From Halocafeteria seosinensis (lineage: Eukaryota): a DNA stretch of 64,000 nucleotides. The translations under genes were made by a program, and so were the position numbers. The first letter of the stretch is position 1. Each line of letters opens with the position of its first letter. Shown in pieces: positions 13,761 to 25,600 of this stretch. The stretch spans positions 62,001 to 126,000 of the forward strand of contig LVLI01000341.1 of assembly GCA_001687465.1 (NCBI GenBank), given 5' to 3'. Under the pieces are notes generated by a model. It was not told the origin of the DNA. It did no database searches and saw nothing but the letters and a program-made list of their open reading frames with translations.

Positions 13761-14118
13761 TTTTCTTGCTCTATCGGAGATATTAACCAGGTCACTCAGA
13801 CACGATGTATACTTTGTAATTGAACCAAAATGGATATTTATGACCTTTTATGCAGCAGAAAGGCCTCAAGGCTGCTCCCAGCTTCACAAAGGAAGTGGCA
13901 GACACTGCCAGACAGTCAGATTGGTTCACATACAACTGATCATTCGAAGCCATTGTTGTGCAATGATCGGATTTAAACAGTTACGAAAAAGTTGATACAG
14001 TGGAGGCTACTGGATTAGTTGTAACTGATACTAGAGACGAGATTGGGAAGGAAAGGAATCCAACCTGGTTTTTTGAATTCCTCTGCGATTCCTTTCGTGT
14101 ATTTATCCATCTTACAAA

Positions 14119-15896
14119 ATGAAGCGACAGCGCGAAACCTCAGAATATGATCGGGAAGATAAGGAAAACCGACATCCCATTGATGGAAGGTTCGCGTATC
14201 TTTGCAAACGTGAAGAGATCGACAGTCAGTGGGAAGAGATTCGATTCCCGTCACTCCACAAGAGGAATCCAAAAGATATTTCCCTTATTCCCTACTTAAA
14301 TAGCTTGCATGGAGTGATTAAAAAAGTTTACGAGGAGAAGCACAACGCTGAAGTAGGCAAACAGTGGGCAGCCGAGTTTTGCGATAGACTACTCCCTCAT
14401 CCCGATAAGGAGTCATTTCCCGGTCCGGCCCTGGCCAGCACATTCTCCATTTCGTTATGGAACGCAATACTACGAGAGATACAGAGGTTAACAACCACTC
14501 TCGAGAACGCAGTTAAAGAGTACGTGCTGCTGTCAAATGAATGAGCTTTCTCCAAGCCGCGCCGACCGTGTGTGGCATTGTTGCAGTGTCATCTTCCATA
14601 AGGGAGTGACTCGCATCAAAAGTGAAAAAGGTAAACGGGAATATGACAGNTGCCACCTTTNAAACAACAGATCGCGTTCACTGGACGTTTTCCTTCTGCA
14701 TTTCAGAAATCAAAGAAATATTGTCCCGTTTTGACGAGAGGGCCGATATCCTCAAGCTGGAAGTTAACACGTGAGGCTTTTACCCGTTTTTCATTCTTCA
14801 CTGTGGCAATGAGTTTAATTCTCCCCCCTGCAGGATAAGGGAAGCTTTTATTTACATCTTGGAGAGTACCCAAGAAAACCTAGCTGGAATAAACTTTCCG
14901 CCGGCAAATTCGGAAACTGCTTGGCCTGAGATCCTACAATCTTGGGATCAAGCGTGCAGAATTATTCGGGAGAACCCCGAAAAAAGAAAGAGTCAAACGA
15001 TTCGCGAATGGTTGCACCGAGTACTTTCAGGATGTGCGTAAGATCTATTTCTGAGGCGCTTTAGCCATCGACGTGTCTCACTCTCCCTTAGTATACCTTT
15101 TCACGCAGTGCTGGAGCTGGACATTGAATACCGTGTCGCGACCCAGAATTCCTATATGATTTTCAGTTTAAATTGCTATGCACGGTCGAGAGATTGGAAA
15201 CAGAAACTGCTACAGTTTTTCAAGCCCCCAGTTCCGCCAAAACAAGCCAATGAATGGCTGAATCCTTTCAAGGTTATCGCTGAAATTTCCTTGAGAGAAA
15301 TCTCCGCAATCTCCGTCGGGGTAAGAGAGCACAGAGTTGTGGTGACGCTCGGAGTCGTTCGGCGATCTCGAACAGGAAAATCATCCGTACACACGGAACT
15401 TTACCCATTTGGAGCCCAACTTTTAGTTAATTTATCCCGACATGACCCGAGTTTGGTCATTAGAACTGACGAAGATGCTATTCCAGTCGACGACTCTAGC
15501 TTTCTCTGTGAATATAGACCGCCAGGGAACAAGGAATGCGAAGCTGAGCACTCACTATTGCAAACAACTGCACAGTTTGACGCTGACGTGAGCAAGAACG
15601 CCCGAGCGCAAACATCCTGCAACAAACACCACCTAACCGTCAGGTTACCACTCACAGTCAGGGCGACATCAACCAGCTCAGCTCTAGATGATCTGAAGAG
15701 AGTATCCCAAATGCTGCACTTCTCTGGAAGCCTGCAATGTACTCTCCTAGCGGAGAGCATTGGTGGTCCGCCAGGGCTCTTCCAAAATGGCATAAAATGG
15801 AGTATGAACACTAACTTTTTGCTCCATCGCGACCAAGACGTGCTGCTAGTCCAGAGCTTGGAAGGACACTCCCGCCAATCGCCCTATACCTCCTAA
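14119..15896 (+). CDS. Hypothetical multi-exon protein
   Basis: Chain of ORFs (14119-14544, 14859-15041, 15108-15896) separated by typical GTAxG...YAG introns. No family recognised, and the exon joins were not fully verified. Confidence 0.55.
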
Positions 15897-15953
15897 CGTT
15901 GTATAAAACATTGTAGAGAGTGCTTAATCAGCCAGCAAAGTAAATAAACAGAC

Positions 15954-16015
15954 GGCCTTTCAAATCACCCGACCAGACCAGACAGGCCTTTCAAATCACC
16001 CGACCAGACCAGACA
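15954..16015. repeat. Exact 31-bp tandem duplication GGCCTTTCAAATCACCCGACCAGACCAGACA x2
   Basis: Copies at 15954-15984 and 15985-16015. Confidence 0.92.
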
Positions 16016-16330
16016 GTGGTAGTCATGGTTAATTTTTCATATCTTGCTGCTGGGATTCACCGTGTCATACCCATCCGATGAAACATCATAACCAAGGATC
16101 TACAAACGCCACCAATGATGCCTATTCATCCACATATTTTTATAGGGAATACTTGCTTCACTTTGTGAAGCAACACCGACGAGGCATACTGTATTTCAAA
16201 CGCACATGCACACACTTGCCCGACTCGATAGTTTGTGCACATTGGAACAATCTACGGGTTTTGTCAGTGATCCACGGGCTTTTCAATTTCGGCGCATATG
16301 TACGCGCATGAATGACAAGAAGATATCAAC

Positions 16331-19300
16331 ATGGAGGACCATCCTTGGAGACGCCAAGTCTCCTGGACCAGCACATTGCCAGCGCGATGGAGGGAATTAC
16401 ATCGATATACGCATTTTTTCATGTCCCCGCAGCAGTACGAGCGAAATTCGGATGAATCTCCGATGCAGAGAGCAATACAATGTGGAACACACTTATCCGA
16501 ACGGAAACGCTACTTGGGGTCGGGGAAGGAGGATACCCCAGATATGTACCGGGCGTTTCAGGAATGCGAGCAAACCTTACGGACGCTGATCCACTCTCCT
16601 CGCATGGATTTGACTTCCTGGTTTCGACCAATTACCCGAGCAATCATATTGTGCTGCTACGATGCGCCATGCTATCAGCTGCTCACCGATGCTGGAGTCG
16701 GCACGTTAGGCAGTGTCATGGATCTCATTGAATTGATCATTGAGGATATTTTCCTGACGAATTCCCCCTTTAAACGTTTGGAAGATGTTAGACAGGCGGA
16801 CATACTCGTCCGATTCTTCTTGTCAGGACTGGAGACTCTTGACCAGCGCGTTGAATATCAAACTACCCCAAGCCCCCGAGCACGTCCTCTTCCAGCTCTT
16901 GGTAAAAGTCGAGTCCCATGTTCAGTGGAAGATGCCCGTGCCCTGGTAGTGATTCATACGAGCGGTATTGCTTATCGCTGCGTTTCTGCCCTGGCATTTG
17001 CAGATGGCGATGCGACAAATGATGAATATCTCAAAGCGTGCATCGCGTCTATGTTCTGTCATAGCTGCGGTTTGGTCGAGGTACTCCTTGGTCGTCTAGC
17101 AAGACAACGAAATGTTCAAGGTGCTGTTTCCCTGGAGCATCAAGTTTCAGCGTCCCGTGAAACGCTGGTTCTTCACCGGTTTTACGAGCAATTTCGCATT
17201 CTGGAGAAAACGTCCCAGAAATCTGAGTATGCTAGTGCAAGTTTTTATTCGCTGAAGAAGGTTTTACAAGGGTACCTGGATGCACTCTCCTCAGTGAGAT
17301 TCCGCGTAGGTGAAATACAGGAAGACGTCCAGCGTTCAATGATAGAACCTGGGGTGCCGCTCGTGTCTAGGTATTTTCAAAATCGTCTGACAAGTACGAG
17401 GGAAATTTCTAGTACCATTGAACCCATTGAAGAGCATACTGTAATTGAGGTCACTGAAGGTCTTGAATTATTTTTCCAGACGATGTGCGAAACGGACAAA
17501 GTGAGTACAAGGTTTGTAAGGTTGGTATCTGGAGATGCTGGTTTTATAACGCATATACTCAAAACTCTTTACACTGCTTTGTGTAGTGACTGCGTTAGTG
17601 TTGATAGTGCCTCATTTGTTCGTGCTATCAGGCTGTGCTCGACAACTCTTGCCCTCCACAATTCGCTTGAGTTGGAGGGATATTTTGCCCTTCAAGAAGC
17701 AGCTGGGGTCGCGCGTAAGACACTGGATCTCCTTTCCTGTGATGACCTTGATAGCCAGGTATTTTGTCACAGGTGGAAGGACGTATTTGAGTTCCTTGAT
17801 GCTCGGATGGGGAACTTCAGCCACAGCACGACCTACGAGTACGTCCGAACTTTTGTGTTGTTGAGCAGCTCGCCTGTATACAGCAACTTAATAAAAAGGT
17901 TGGCCTCGTCTCGCCCTGCCGAATGTTATGTTAACATGCTCGTATCCGTTCATCAAACAATTTTCGATAGCTTCCAGAATCGGCTATCCAAGCTTTGGAG
18001 ATTTTGCTTCGAAAACGAAGTCTCGCAACTCGTTATTCTAGCTGACATTTGCTTTGCGGGTGTTTGCACAAGAAGCACTAACAAGTCGTTAAATGAAATT
18101 GTGTGGGCAGTTGGTTCAAAGTTCCATCAGGCGTTCGCCTCGATGGGTTCAAGTGCAGCTACCCGGTTCGCTAGAATAGGATCGACGCTCCACAACTTTG
18201 CTGCACGGGACGGTATAGAAAAATGCCTGCGTAAGGTTAAATCGGCCTTTAGCGAAACAAGGAGTGCTCTTAACAGTTTAAGTACGATGCAATGTCTCAA
18301 CGAAGCTGCCGAAACGGATACTCCAGTTGGTCAGACGATTAACCTTGGTGCTTCGGTTGGAAATCAGCTATCGCCGAACTTTTGTGTAAATCGTCTTCGT
18401 CTGCTGCTACAGAGTACCTCAGTGGATGATGACTTAACCTTCGATGAACGAGCGCTGAAGTGTTTTACTCTGTTAGAGTATCTGTACGTCACTGAGTCTA
18501 TTTCAGACACTGAACTGCAATGCAGTGGTACACCATTGGTGGCGACAATTAGAGAATGCGCCACATTTGTGACACAAAACGTTGATTCAATGCAAGAGCA
18601 GACGGTTGATCGTATGTTTTGCCTGTGTTTTCTCCTAGTCGCAAAGCTTTTGGGCTACCCCCAGGGCAACATCGCAGAGTTCGAGAGCATTGTTTGGGGC
18701 ATGCTCGAAGGAGCTTCCCGCTGTAATGTGTTCCTGAGTCCTCTCACAAAAGTGGTTCTTCTACGATTGGTTATGGAGCTTATCTTATCCCCCTGCTTAC
18801 GGCTAAACGACGGAAAGATTCCAATCCGGTTCTATTTGTGGTTCCAAAAGCCACTGGCTAAAATTCATCAAGTATTCGGTGAGCATGTGTTACCCCTGGA
18901 GTCATCAAACACCGAGGGAGAACACACCGGGTTTTTGAAGCAGGATGTTCCTTTACGGTATAAGATGGATGGCATTTCCGACCTCTTGGATCGACTCCCG
19001 GGGAAGCTTCGAGGCTCTGATCTACCGGCTGATTTGTTGCGTATTGAACAGGTGCTTCGCCTTTCTTCCGCCGAGAAGTTATCTGTCACAAACCTTGGGC
19101 AACTGTTGAAGACGTGTAATTTAGCGCTTCTCTACAGTGAAGGGTCACAATTTGACCAGTACGTAACAAACACGGTCTTTCGAGTCCTGGACACGATCAC
19201 GGGTTCGTTACTACCGGCGATGGAATTGTTCGAAGAGCGAATGTGGAACGCAGTGGCCGAGACGGTATTTTGTAATTTTTTTCCAGGGCTGCTTGCTTTG

Positions 19301-21658
19301 GATAGTTCCTGCAAGCGTGAAGTTTCGATATGCTATAGCAATGCCTTCTACTTGCGTCGAGTGCTAGTGCGCATATTGTCGCTTGCACCTCACGCGGTTC
19401 TTCGATCTGCTATGTCGATGAAAATGAACTTGCAGAGCGTCTTCGTGAGTGTTCCTATGGAAAATGAATTTCTGCAGTTTATAAGGTCGAGTATGGTCCC
19501 TATTACATGCCTTGTGTATCGACAAACATGTACTGATTTTGATGGAAGCACCGATGAGCTTCCTAAAACAGACGGTATTGGTTTAGGGGAACAAATAGGA
19601 AAGCGGTACCATCGAGAATGTGAGGTTTTGGGGATGAACCTGCTTCTTGACCGGTCACTTTGCAGTCATCCGACTTTAGTAGCTGTAGACATTTACCTAA
19701 ATGCTCCTCCGTCACTTATCTCTATTCAGGAATCCCCATTGACAAACGCAGATGGATCTAGCCATGAAGAATCCCCTCCTGGAAATGCCCAAGAAGTCAT
19801 TCCTGAAGCCACATGTCTCAATCTCTTAGCTGAAGTTGACATTTCGATAAACCATGTTTGTGCATCTTTGGCTGGCGAAAGATCCCAGCGTAATCCTCAT
19901 TCATTGCTACAATGGGTAATAGGCCATTTTGCTGGACTCAAAATGGAAAATATTCCTTCAACGCCTACAGCCAGTCAGGCTTTAATACGCCTAAGAACCG
20001 TTTTGGAACTCCTCTTATTGGATTATCTGGATGATATTCATCGCAGTCAAAGTATTGAGAAGGATCAACACAGTAAAAGTTTCAAGAGGGATCCAGGAAG
20101 TTGGGTGAGATATGCCTACAAGCTATGCATGGCACATCCGCTCTTTTATCCACTACTGAGTCACATCAACTCCATTATGGGCACGCTCTCTCTATCGAAT
20201 CGTTTTCTTGCGGGCACAATGTGGGGAGTAGAACTCTTGTACACTGAGGCTGCACACGTTCAAACTTTGGAAGGTTTGAAGTTCCTTCCTTTCGTTAGAT
20301 TCCGGGATGACGGTAATAGCAAAGGGCATTATCCGTTCGTGATTTTAAAGTATCTAATGCAATTTATGGAAGTGATGAAGTCTCATCTTATTTCAGAGGC
20401 ATTCTCTCGAATGGAAGACACTACCACCAGAGGGTTGCTGTACCCACGGAATCAATTCTCTATTCGTTCAACTGACGAAGACGTCCTGGATGACAGGTTG
20501 ATGTGCATACGATACTTCTTGAAGCTGTCAAACGCTGTGCTATCTGTAATCCATGAGTCGTTTACTGCGTTTCGATGGATTTGGGACTCTGGAAAAATCA
20601 GACACCTTCTGAATGTGGTTCAAGAAACAGATTCAACGCTGTCTGCGTTTAAAGGAGGATTAGGGTTCTTGCGTCATCTTAGTCTGCTTATGGTAAACTC
20701 AGTCTCCTCTTTGCTGGTCAGTGAAGTAGTTCGAGATGGCATTCATGGATCAGCGGAGCTCGTCGTCGACTGGTTCTTTGACTTGACACTCCAAGAACCG
20801 ACGACAGCTTGGACGTCTCTTGCTGCTGGAATACAGTTACGGCTTCTTCTTGAAACTCGATGCTCTATAAAACCTGTCATGGAAAAGTTGTATTCGCGCA
20901 AATACGACCGTCGCTATACATTTCTTCGCAACACCCTTGACAGGATGCTTGGGCTTCTTAGAACTACGCAAGAGATGCAGCAATTCGAGTTCAAGGCGTT
21001 AGCAGTTGAAAGCAGATTCATGCCGCGAAGGCTGCAATCTGTGCTGGAGGATGCGAGTCTCGCGTCAAATTCTAAGTTGTATGAGTTCGGAGGGTGGGCA
21101 TGCTTACTCGCGGAAATGATCAAGCAACTCCCTTCGGTGACTCCCCTTGTTCTCCAAAAAGCACAGCAATATTTTCCTACTGATGCCGATAATGGCGATA
21201 ATATTCCGCGGTATGTGCTATTGAAGTTTCTTGAGGTCTTCAAGGCAATGGGTCGCTCCAAGGAATCTGCGAAACTTGCCGCCGGACATACTTCGTTCAA
21301 GCACTGTATCTCTCACTGCCGAAGGTTCCGCAATGACGAGTTGTTGTGCTCGCAAATGTTTGAGACTATTTCAAGTGTAATCGCGTTTAGAGAATCAGCT
21401 AACTTCTTCGTGGAAACCATGAAACAGATTAAGGTTTTACTGGATCAGTGCTTCCAGCGGAACTCCAGGTGCATTCAACTGAGTGCTTCTCGATGTATGG
21501 CAAGACTTATTCAAAACTCCTATTCTGCGCGTGCATTGTGTCGAGAAGAGCTTTCTAATTTTGTTGCGGCAAGAGCAGAAGCTGAAAACGACGGGCCGGA
21601 AGCGGAAGAACTGAAAGCTCTTTATTCAAAAATACTAACGTGGCTGAACACTCGGTGA
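16331..21658 (+). CDS. Large hypothetical protein (1775 aa), probably alpha-solenoid/ARM-like
   Basis: Uninterrupted 5.3-kb ORF, Leu/Cys/Ser-rich and helical-looking, with an ARM-like C-terminus (QLSASRCMARLI). No family recognised. Confidence 0.7.
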   Translation: MEDHPWRRQVSWTSTLPARWRELHRYTHFFMSPQQYERNSDESPMQRAIQCGTHLSERKRYLGSGKEDTPDMYRAFQECEQTLRTLIHSPRMDLTSWFRPITRAIILCCYDAPCYQLLTDAGVGTLGSVMDLIELIIEDIFLTNSPFKRLEDVRQADILVRFFLSGLETLDQRVEYQTTPSPRARPLPALGKSRVPCSVEDARALVVIHTSGIAYRCVSALAFADGDATNDEYLKACIASMFCHSCGLVEVLLGRLARQRNVQGAVSLEHQVSASRETLVLHRFYEQFRILEKTSQKSEYASASFYSLKKVLQGYLDALSSVRFRVGEIQEDVQRSMIEPGVPLVSRYFQNRLTSTREISSTIEPIEEHTVIEVTEGLELFFQTMCETDKVSTRFVRLVSGDAGFITHILKTLYTALCSDCVSVDSASFVRAIRLCSTTLALHNSLELEGYFALQEAAGVARKTLDLLSCDDLDSQVFCHRWKDVFEFLDARMGNFSHSTTYEYVRTFVLLSSSPVYSNLIKRLASSRPAECYVNMLVSVHQTIFDSFQNRLSKLWRFCFENEVSQLVILADICFAGVCTRSTNKSLNEIVWAVGSKFHQAFASMGSSAATRFARIGSTLHNFAARDGIEKCLRKVKSAFSETRSALNSLSTMQCLNEAAETDTPVGQTINLGASVGNQLSPNFCVNRLRLLLQSTSVDDDLTFDERALKCFTLLEYLYVTESISDTELQCSGTPLVATIRECATFVTQNVDSMQEQTVDRMFCLCFLLVAKLLGYPQGNIAEFESIVWGMLEGASRCNVFLSPLTKVVLLRLVMELILSPCLRLNDGKIPIRFYLWFQKPLAKIHQVFGEHVLPLESSNTEGEHTGFLKQDVPLRYKMDGISDLLDRLPGKLRGSDLPADLLRIEQVLRLSSAEKLSVTNLGQLLKTCNLALLYSEGSQFDQYVTNTVFRVLDTITGSLLPAMELFEERMWNAVAETVFCNFFPGLLALDSSCKREVSICYSNAFYLRRVLVRILSLAPHAVLRSAMSMKMNLQSVFVSVPMENEFLQFIRSSMVPITCLVYRQTCTDFDGSTDELPKTDGIGLGEQIGKRYHRECEVLGMNLLLDRSLCSHPTLVAVDIYLNAPPSLISIQESPLTNADGSSHEESPPGNAQEVIPEATCLNLLAEVDISINHVCASLAGERSQRNPHSLLQWVIGHFAGLKMENIPSTPTASQALIRLRTVLELLLLDYLDDIHRSQSIEKDQHSKSFKRDPGSWVRYAYKLCMAHPLFYPLLSHINSIMGTLSLSNRFLAGTMWGVELLYTEAAHVQTLEGLKFLPFVRFRDDGNSKGHYPFVILKYLMQFMEVMKSHLISEAFSRMEDTTTRGLLYPRNQFSIRSTDEDVLDDRLMCIRYFLKLSNAVLSVIHESFTAFRWIWDSGKIRHLLNVVQETDSTLSAFKGGLGFLRHLSLLMVNSVSSLLVSEVVRDGIHGSAELVVDWFFDLTLQEPTTAWTSLAAGIQLRLLLETRCSIKPVMEKLYSRKYDRRYTFLRNTLDRMLGLLRTTQEMQQFEFKALAVESRFMPRRLQSVLEDASLASNSKLYEFGGWACLLAEMIKQLPSVTPLVLQKAQQYFPTDADNGDNIPRYVLLKFLEVFKAMGRSKESAKLAAGHTSFKHCISHCRRFRNDELLCSQMFETISSVIAFRESANFFVETMKQIKVLLDQCFQRNSRCIQLSASRCMARLIQNSYSARALCREELSNFVAARAEAENDGPEAEELKALYSKILTWLNTR

Positions 21659-22661
21659 GCTTGCATAACGTTCGGTTCCACATAGACAGCAGAGAGAACA
21701 CTTTGCTTTAGAACGCCCTCCGTGGCAGTCCTTTATGCACAAGGCGGTATCCTACCATGCGATCTTGGCGATGGCTCACATCTACCATGGCTCCAGATCT
21801 ACTTCATGCATGTTGCGCTAGCAGTCATTGCAGCACGGGCTTGAAATAACAGGCAAGGGGACTGATCTCTGGTGCGCTCACTTATCACAGGAGAGATATG
21901 GGTATAAATTACCTGCTCTTTCCTTTACCGCCGAGGGGACCATACCATATGGTACTGGTAAAAAAGTGGTTCACTGCAGTACCGTGGGACGTGATTGCGC
22001 TCTCACTCTTCCAGTGAATAATGGAGCTCATCGTTTCTATTCGGTAGTACACAAAACGCAACACAAAAAACGATCAATAACTGTAAAGCTCACGATACTC
22101 TTACCCATACCATACCAGCGCCACAAGTTCCACGCAAACGTAATGAAGCAAGGTGTGTAGGTAGCATAAATGATTGTCGTGTTGTACCGTAGTACATGCG
22201 TTGCGCATCTCAATGGTGTTTCAGGACAAAAACTGGCTGGTTGGCTGTATTGTCCGGGTTGGAAACCTTGACAATTGTGAACAACATGCGTATGGCGTTT
22301 GCGCAAGGCAAATTGCCAAACTTCAATGGCCAACTCCAACGGTATCTCCTAAGGTTTTTTCGTTTTCCTCTGTGTTTCCTTTGGTGATGTAAGTTCCATA
22401 TCCTCTTGTTTGGCCTGTTTCGCAAAGTGTGTGCTCCTCTCCCCCCTTACGAGTGTGCTGGGGCGGGTTTGAGGCGCCGTAACTATGGCTGTGGAGAGGG
22501 AAAAGCCTCAGTTTTCTGCCGCGTTTCCCCTTCTTCGAGCTCTTTTCTGTTCCTTGTTGATTATGCTCATGCTTTCTGTGCAGATATCGACTCTCATTGG
22601 TGGAGACTAAGTCTGCTCTTCACTCTGTCGTAGCGCATTCGCGTCAACAGGGTCTCAGAAA

Positions 22662-25600
22662 ATGGCTGCCACGATTCGGGGCAAATCTCGAGGCGCCTCC
22701 GGCGCGGATCAGCCGAGTGGGATTCAGAGCAAAGATGATCAGAATGTAGTGGAGATTGTGAATGCCATAAAGAAGAAGAAGACCTTTAGACAGTTGGTGT
22801 TGTACAATGTGCAATTGCTGGAGAAAGCAGTGAATACAGGCCGAGACAGGTAATAATATGCTCCGTAAGCTCTTACCCATGTTGTTGATGAGTTGGACAC
22901 CCCTTGCAGAGCGTGGGAACATAAGGCAAAGATAGCTCATGAAGCAGGAGCTGCTGAAATTTTATTAGAAATTATTCAGAGGTTTTGTACTACAAATGAG
23001 ATTTTGAGGCCCTCGGTGGTTGTATTGCAGTCCATTTGTAGTTTCGGATCGTACGCCGATGCAGTCCTGCAGTCGAAGAACATTAAGAATCTACCAAGCA
23101 GCCTGAAAAAGTCATGGGACATGTTTGCGAATCAGAATGCATTGACTCCCGACACTGCAGAGACGATTACGTTAGTGCTAGACTTGATGAAGTCTTTAGC
23201 GACCAGAAATGTGGAACTCGTAGCGAACCACGGAGGGGTCGAAACTGTCCTGTATATCGCTCATGCGGCCTCCAAGGGAATGGACCAAGAGCCTACTGCC
23301 ACCGCACGATCGAAAACCAAACTAATGTCCGATATTGTCACTACGGGCATGCAGTTTTTTGATTATATTAGCCGGTCCGCAGCAGGGATACGAGCACTCT
23401 CCATAAAATCGCAGTTATCGCAATTCATTGATATACTAAGCACACGGCCAACCTCCGCGTCGGCTAACGTAACAAGTTCGGCATTCCAGGCGAGGCGTCG
23501 GAGTATGGCGCCGGCTAAAATTGACAAGAGCGTGAAAAAGACAAATGCTTCGGGAACGGGCCTCTCGAAGTCGGATATACTCAACTTTTTGCCGGTAGGA
23601 TTACGAGTAGTGGACAGGCTTTGTAGAAACGACGAGATTATTTCATTGTTGCAAGAGTAAGTATCCCATACATAACTGTGGGTGTGTTCACATGATGAGC
23701 ATCTCTTGTTGTGGTTCTTGATGTACAGATGCAATGCCGTTAAGCATTTAACGAGGGTTTTGTTATCCATTCAAGACAATGAGGTGTTACTTTCGTTACT
23801 TGTACGGATCCTAGGGCGGTTGCTCAAAGGTAACATCTCTACCTTGGTAAGCGATATTCTCGATGGGGGATCATCAATGTCCCCGGAGAGAGTTGACGAG
23901 GCTGAAACTTCAGCCATTCTGCTTGCAAATCTTGTACGAGATGAGGAACACACAGAGTCTTTATTGAATTCTACCAATAATAGCTTATTGAAGACGTTGT
24001 GTAGCGCTTTTTCTGAAGTGTCATCTCGCTCCATCAAGCGATCTATCGCTGCCATATTCAATCAAGTCGCGAGATTTTCCGCGGAAGCTGCATCTGTTCT
24101 CATCACAGAGGAAATCATTGAAGCACTTTTGGGTGTTCTCTCTACGAGTACAGGAGAGACCGCTCTTCTTAGTGAGGCTAGTACTGCTTTAGCTTCCTTG
24201 ACGCTTCATCCGTCAACATGTAACCGTGTCGTGAACGCGTCAATTGATACTGAAGATGGTGAAAAGAGCGGTAAGGAGGTCATTCTTGGTATTCTGACAC
24301 ACGCTAGTTCACTGGATGACAACGGAGACTCTTACGCGTCGGTACTCTTCCTAATTGAGCGGTTGTGCTTTTTTGCCCCTCTTCATGGAGAATTGAAGGG
24401 AATGGTCACGAAGCAAGTACCTTTTGTCTTGTCAAAGTATCCCTCCAATTTTGATTTACAATTGGTTGGTACGGATGTCACTGCATACATTGCTGACGAC
24501 GAAGCGAGCGTAAGGACTCTGGTTGAGGGCGGTCTTCTTACAGTAATTATCCAAAATTTACAGAACGATCGAACGAATGCTGAGTCTGCACAAGGGTTAG
24601 CTTCTGCGGAAGATCGGGCGAAGCATGTGGCCAGCACTCTGTACCTGATGGCTTCGGTCTGTACGCTACCCGATGTAGCTGCTCGGGCCAAGGAGCAGGG
24701 TTGTATTCAAGCGCTTTTGGCAGGATTTAGCTCGCATCAACATGATCCAGTTATCTACCAAAACTTCAAGGATGTTATCGATGTACTGGGGATCGATGCT
24801 GCTGAGGTGCAGAACGCAGCAGTGAAACTGACGTATTGGAGTTGTAGTCTTCGAGAGCTCGTTGGGAAGAAGGAGATATATAAATTTGCTGAGAGCATAT
24901 TCGCAAATGCTAACCTTGAAAAGCCGCGCGATGTTCCAGACTCAAGTGTGAAGAGTGGTGATATGACTCCGAATAGTTGCCTTGAGAAACTTCTGGAGGT
25001 GACCTCGCTGCTAGAAGCTGTCGCTATCTCGAGAGATTTAAGTTTGGTCATGATAAACTGCAACAGTGTTGATGCGCTTCTTCATACTGTTGCATGCATT
25101 AGTGCCACTCCTATGTCAACTTCTTCCACGGATACTCCCCAGAATCGGGCACGCCCAGCAAACAAAACAATCAACAGTGCGGTGTCGGAAAAAGTCCTCT
25201 CGCATTGCTGTAATATCCTCATCCAGTTGACACGCTTGGCTTTCGATGTGAAGTCGCTTGGAAATGGTGCTTCCACAGAAGAACGCCATGTCCCTGGGCA
25301 CGTGTATAAGCGGCAAACGTATGAAACATTGGCAAATGCAATGCAATCGCAAGGGAAACTGGGCGAGTTTGCTAGCTCTGTCTTGACTCTTTGTTCGTGG
25401 CTAGCTGTCGGTCCGGACCATCCAACTGCTCGAGCGCATGTGGAAATGCTTGTAACGGGTGGGGTGATCGAAGGTGTTGTAGGAATACTCCGAGCCCAGC
25501 AAACTAATTCATCTATCTGCGATGAAGGGATGAAGGCCTTGTCCCGCATTGCTGGTATAGGTCGGGGTGCCACCGCGGTTGCAACCAGAGGTGGAAGTCG

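Noticed and set aside
14650..14661. Two ambiguous N bases
   Set aside because: They fall in a predicted intron (about 14631-14706); an assembly ambiguity only.
21660..22660. Short ORFs on both strands
   Set aside because: No recognisable motif or consistent exon chain; treated as intergenic.
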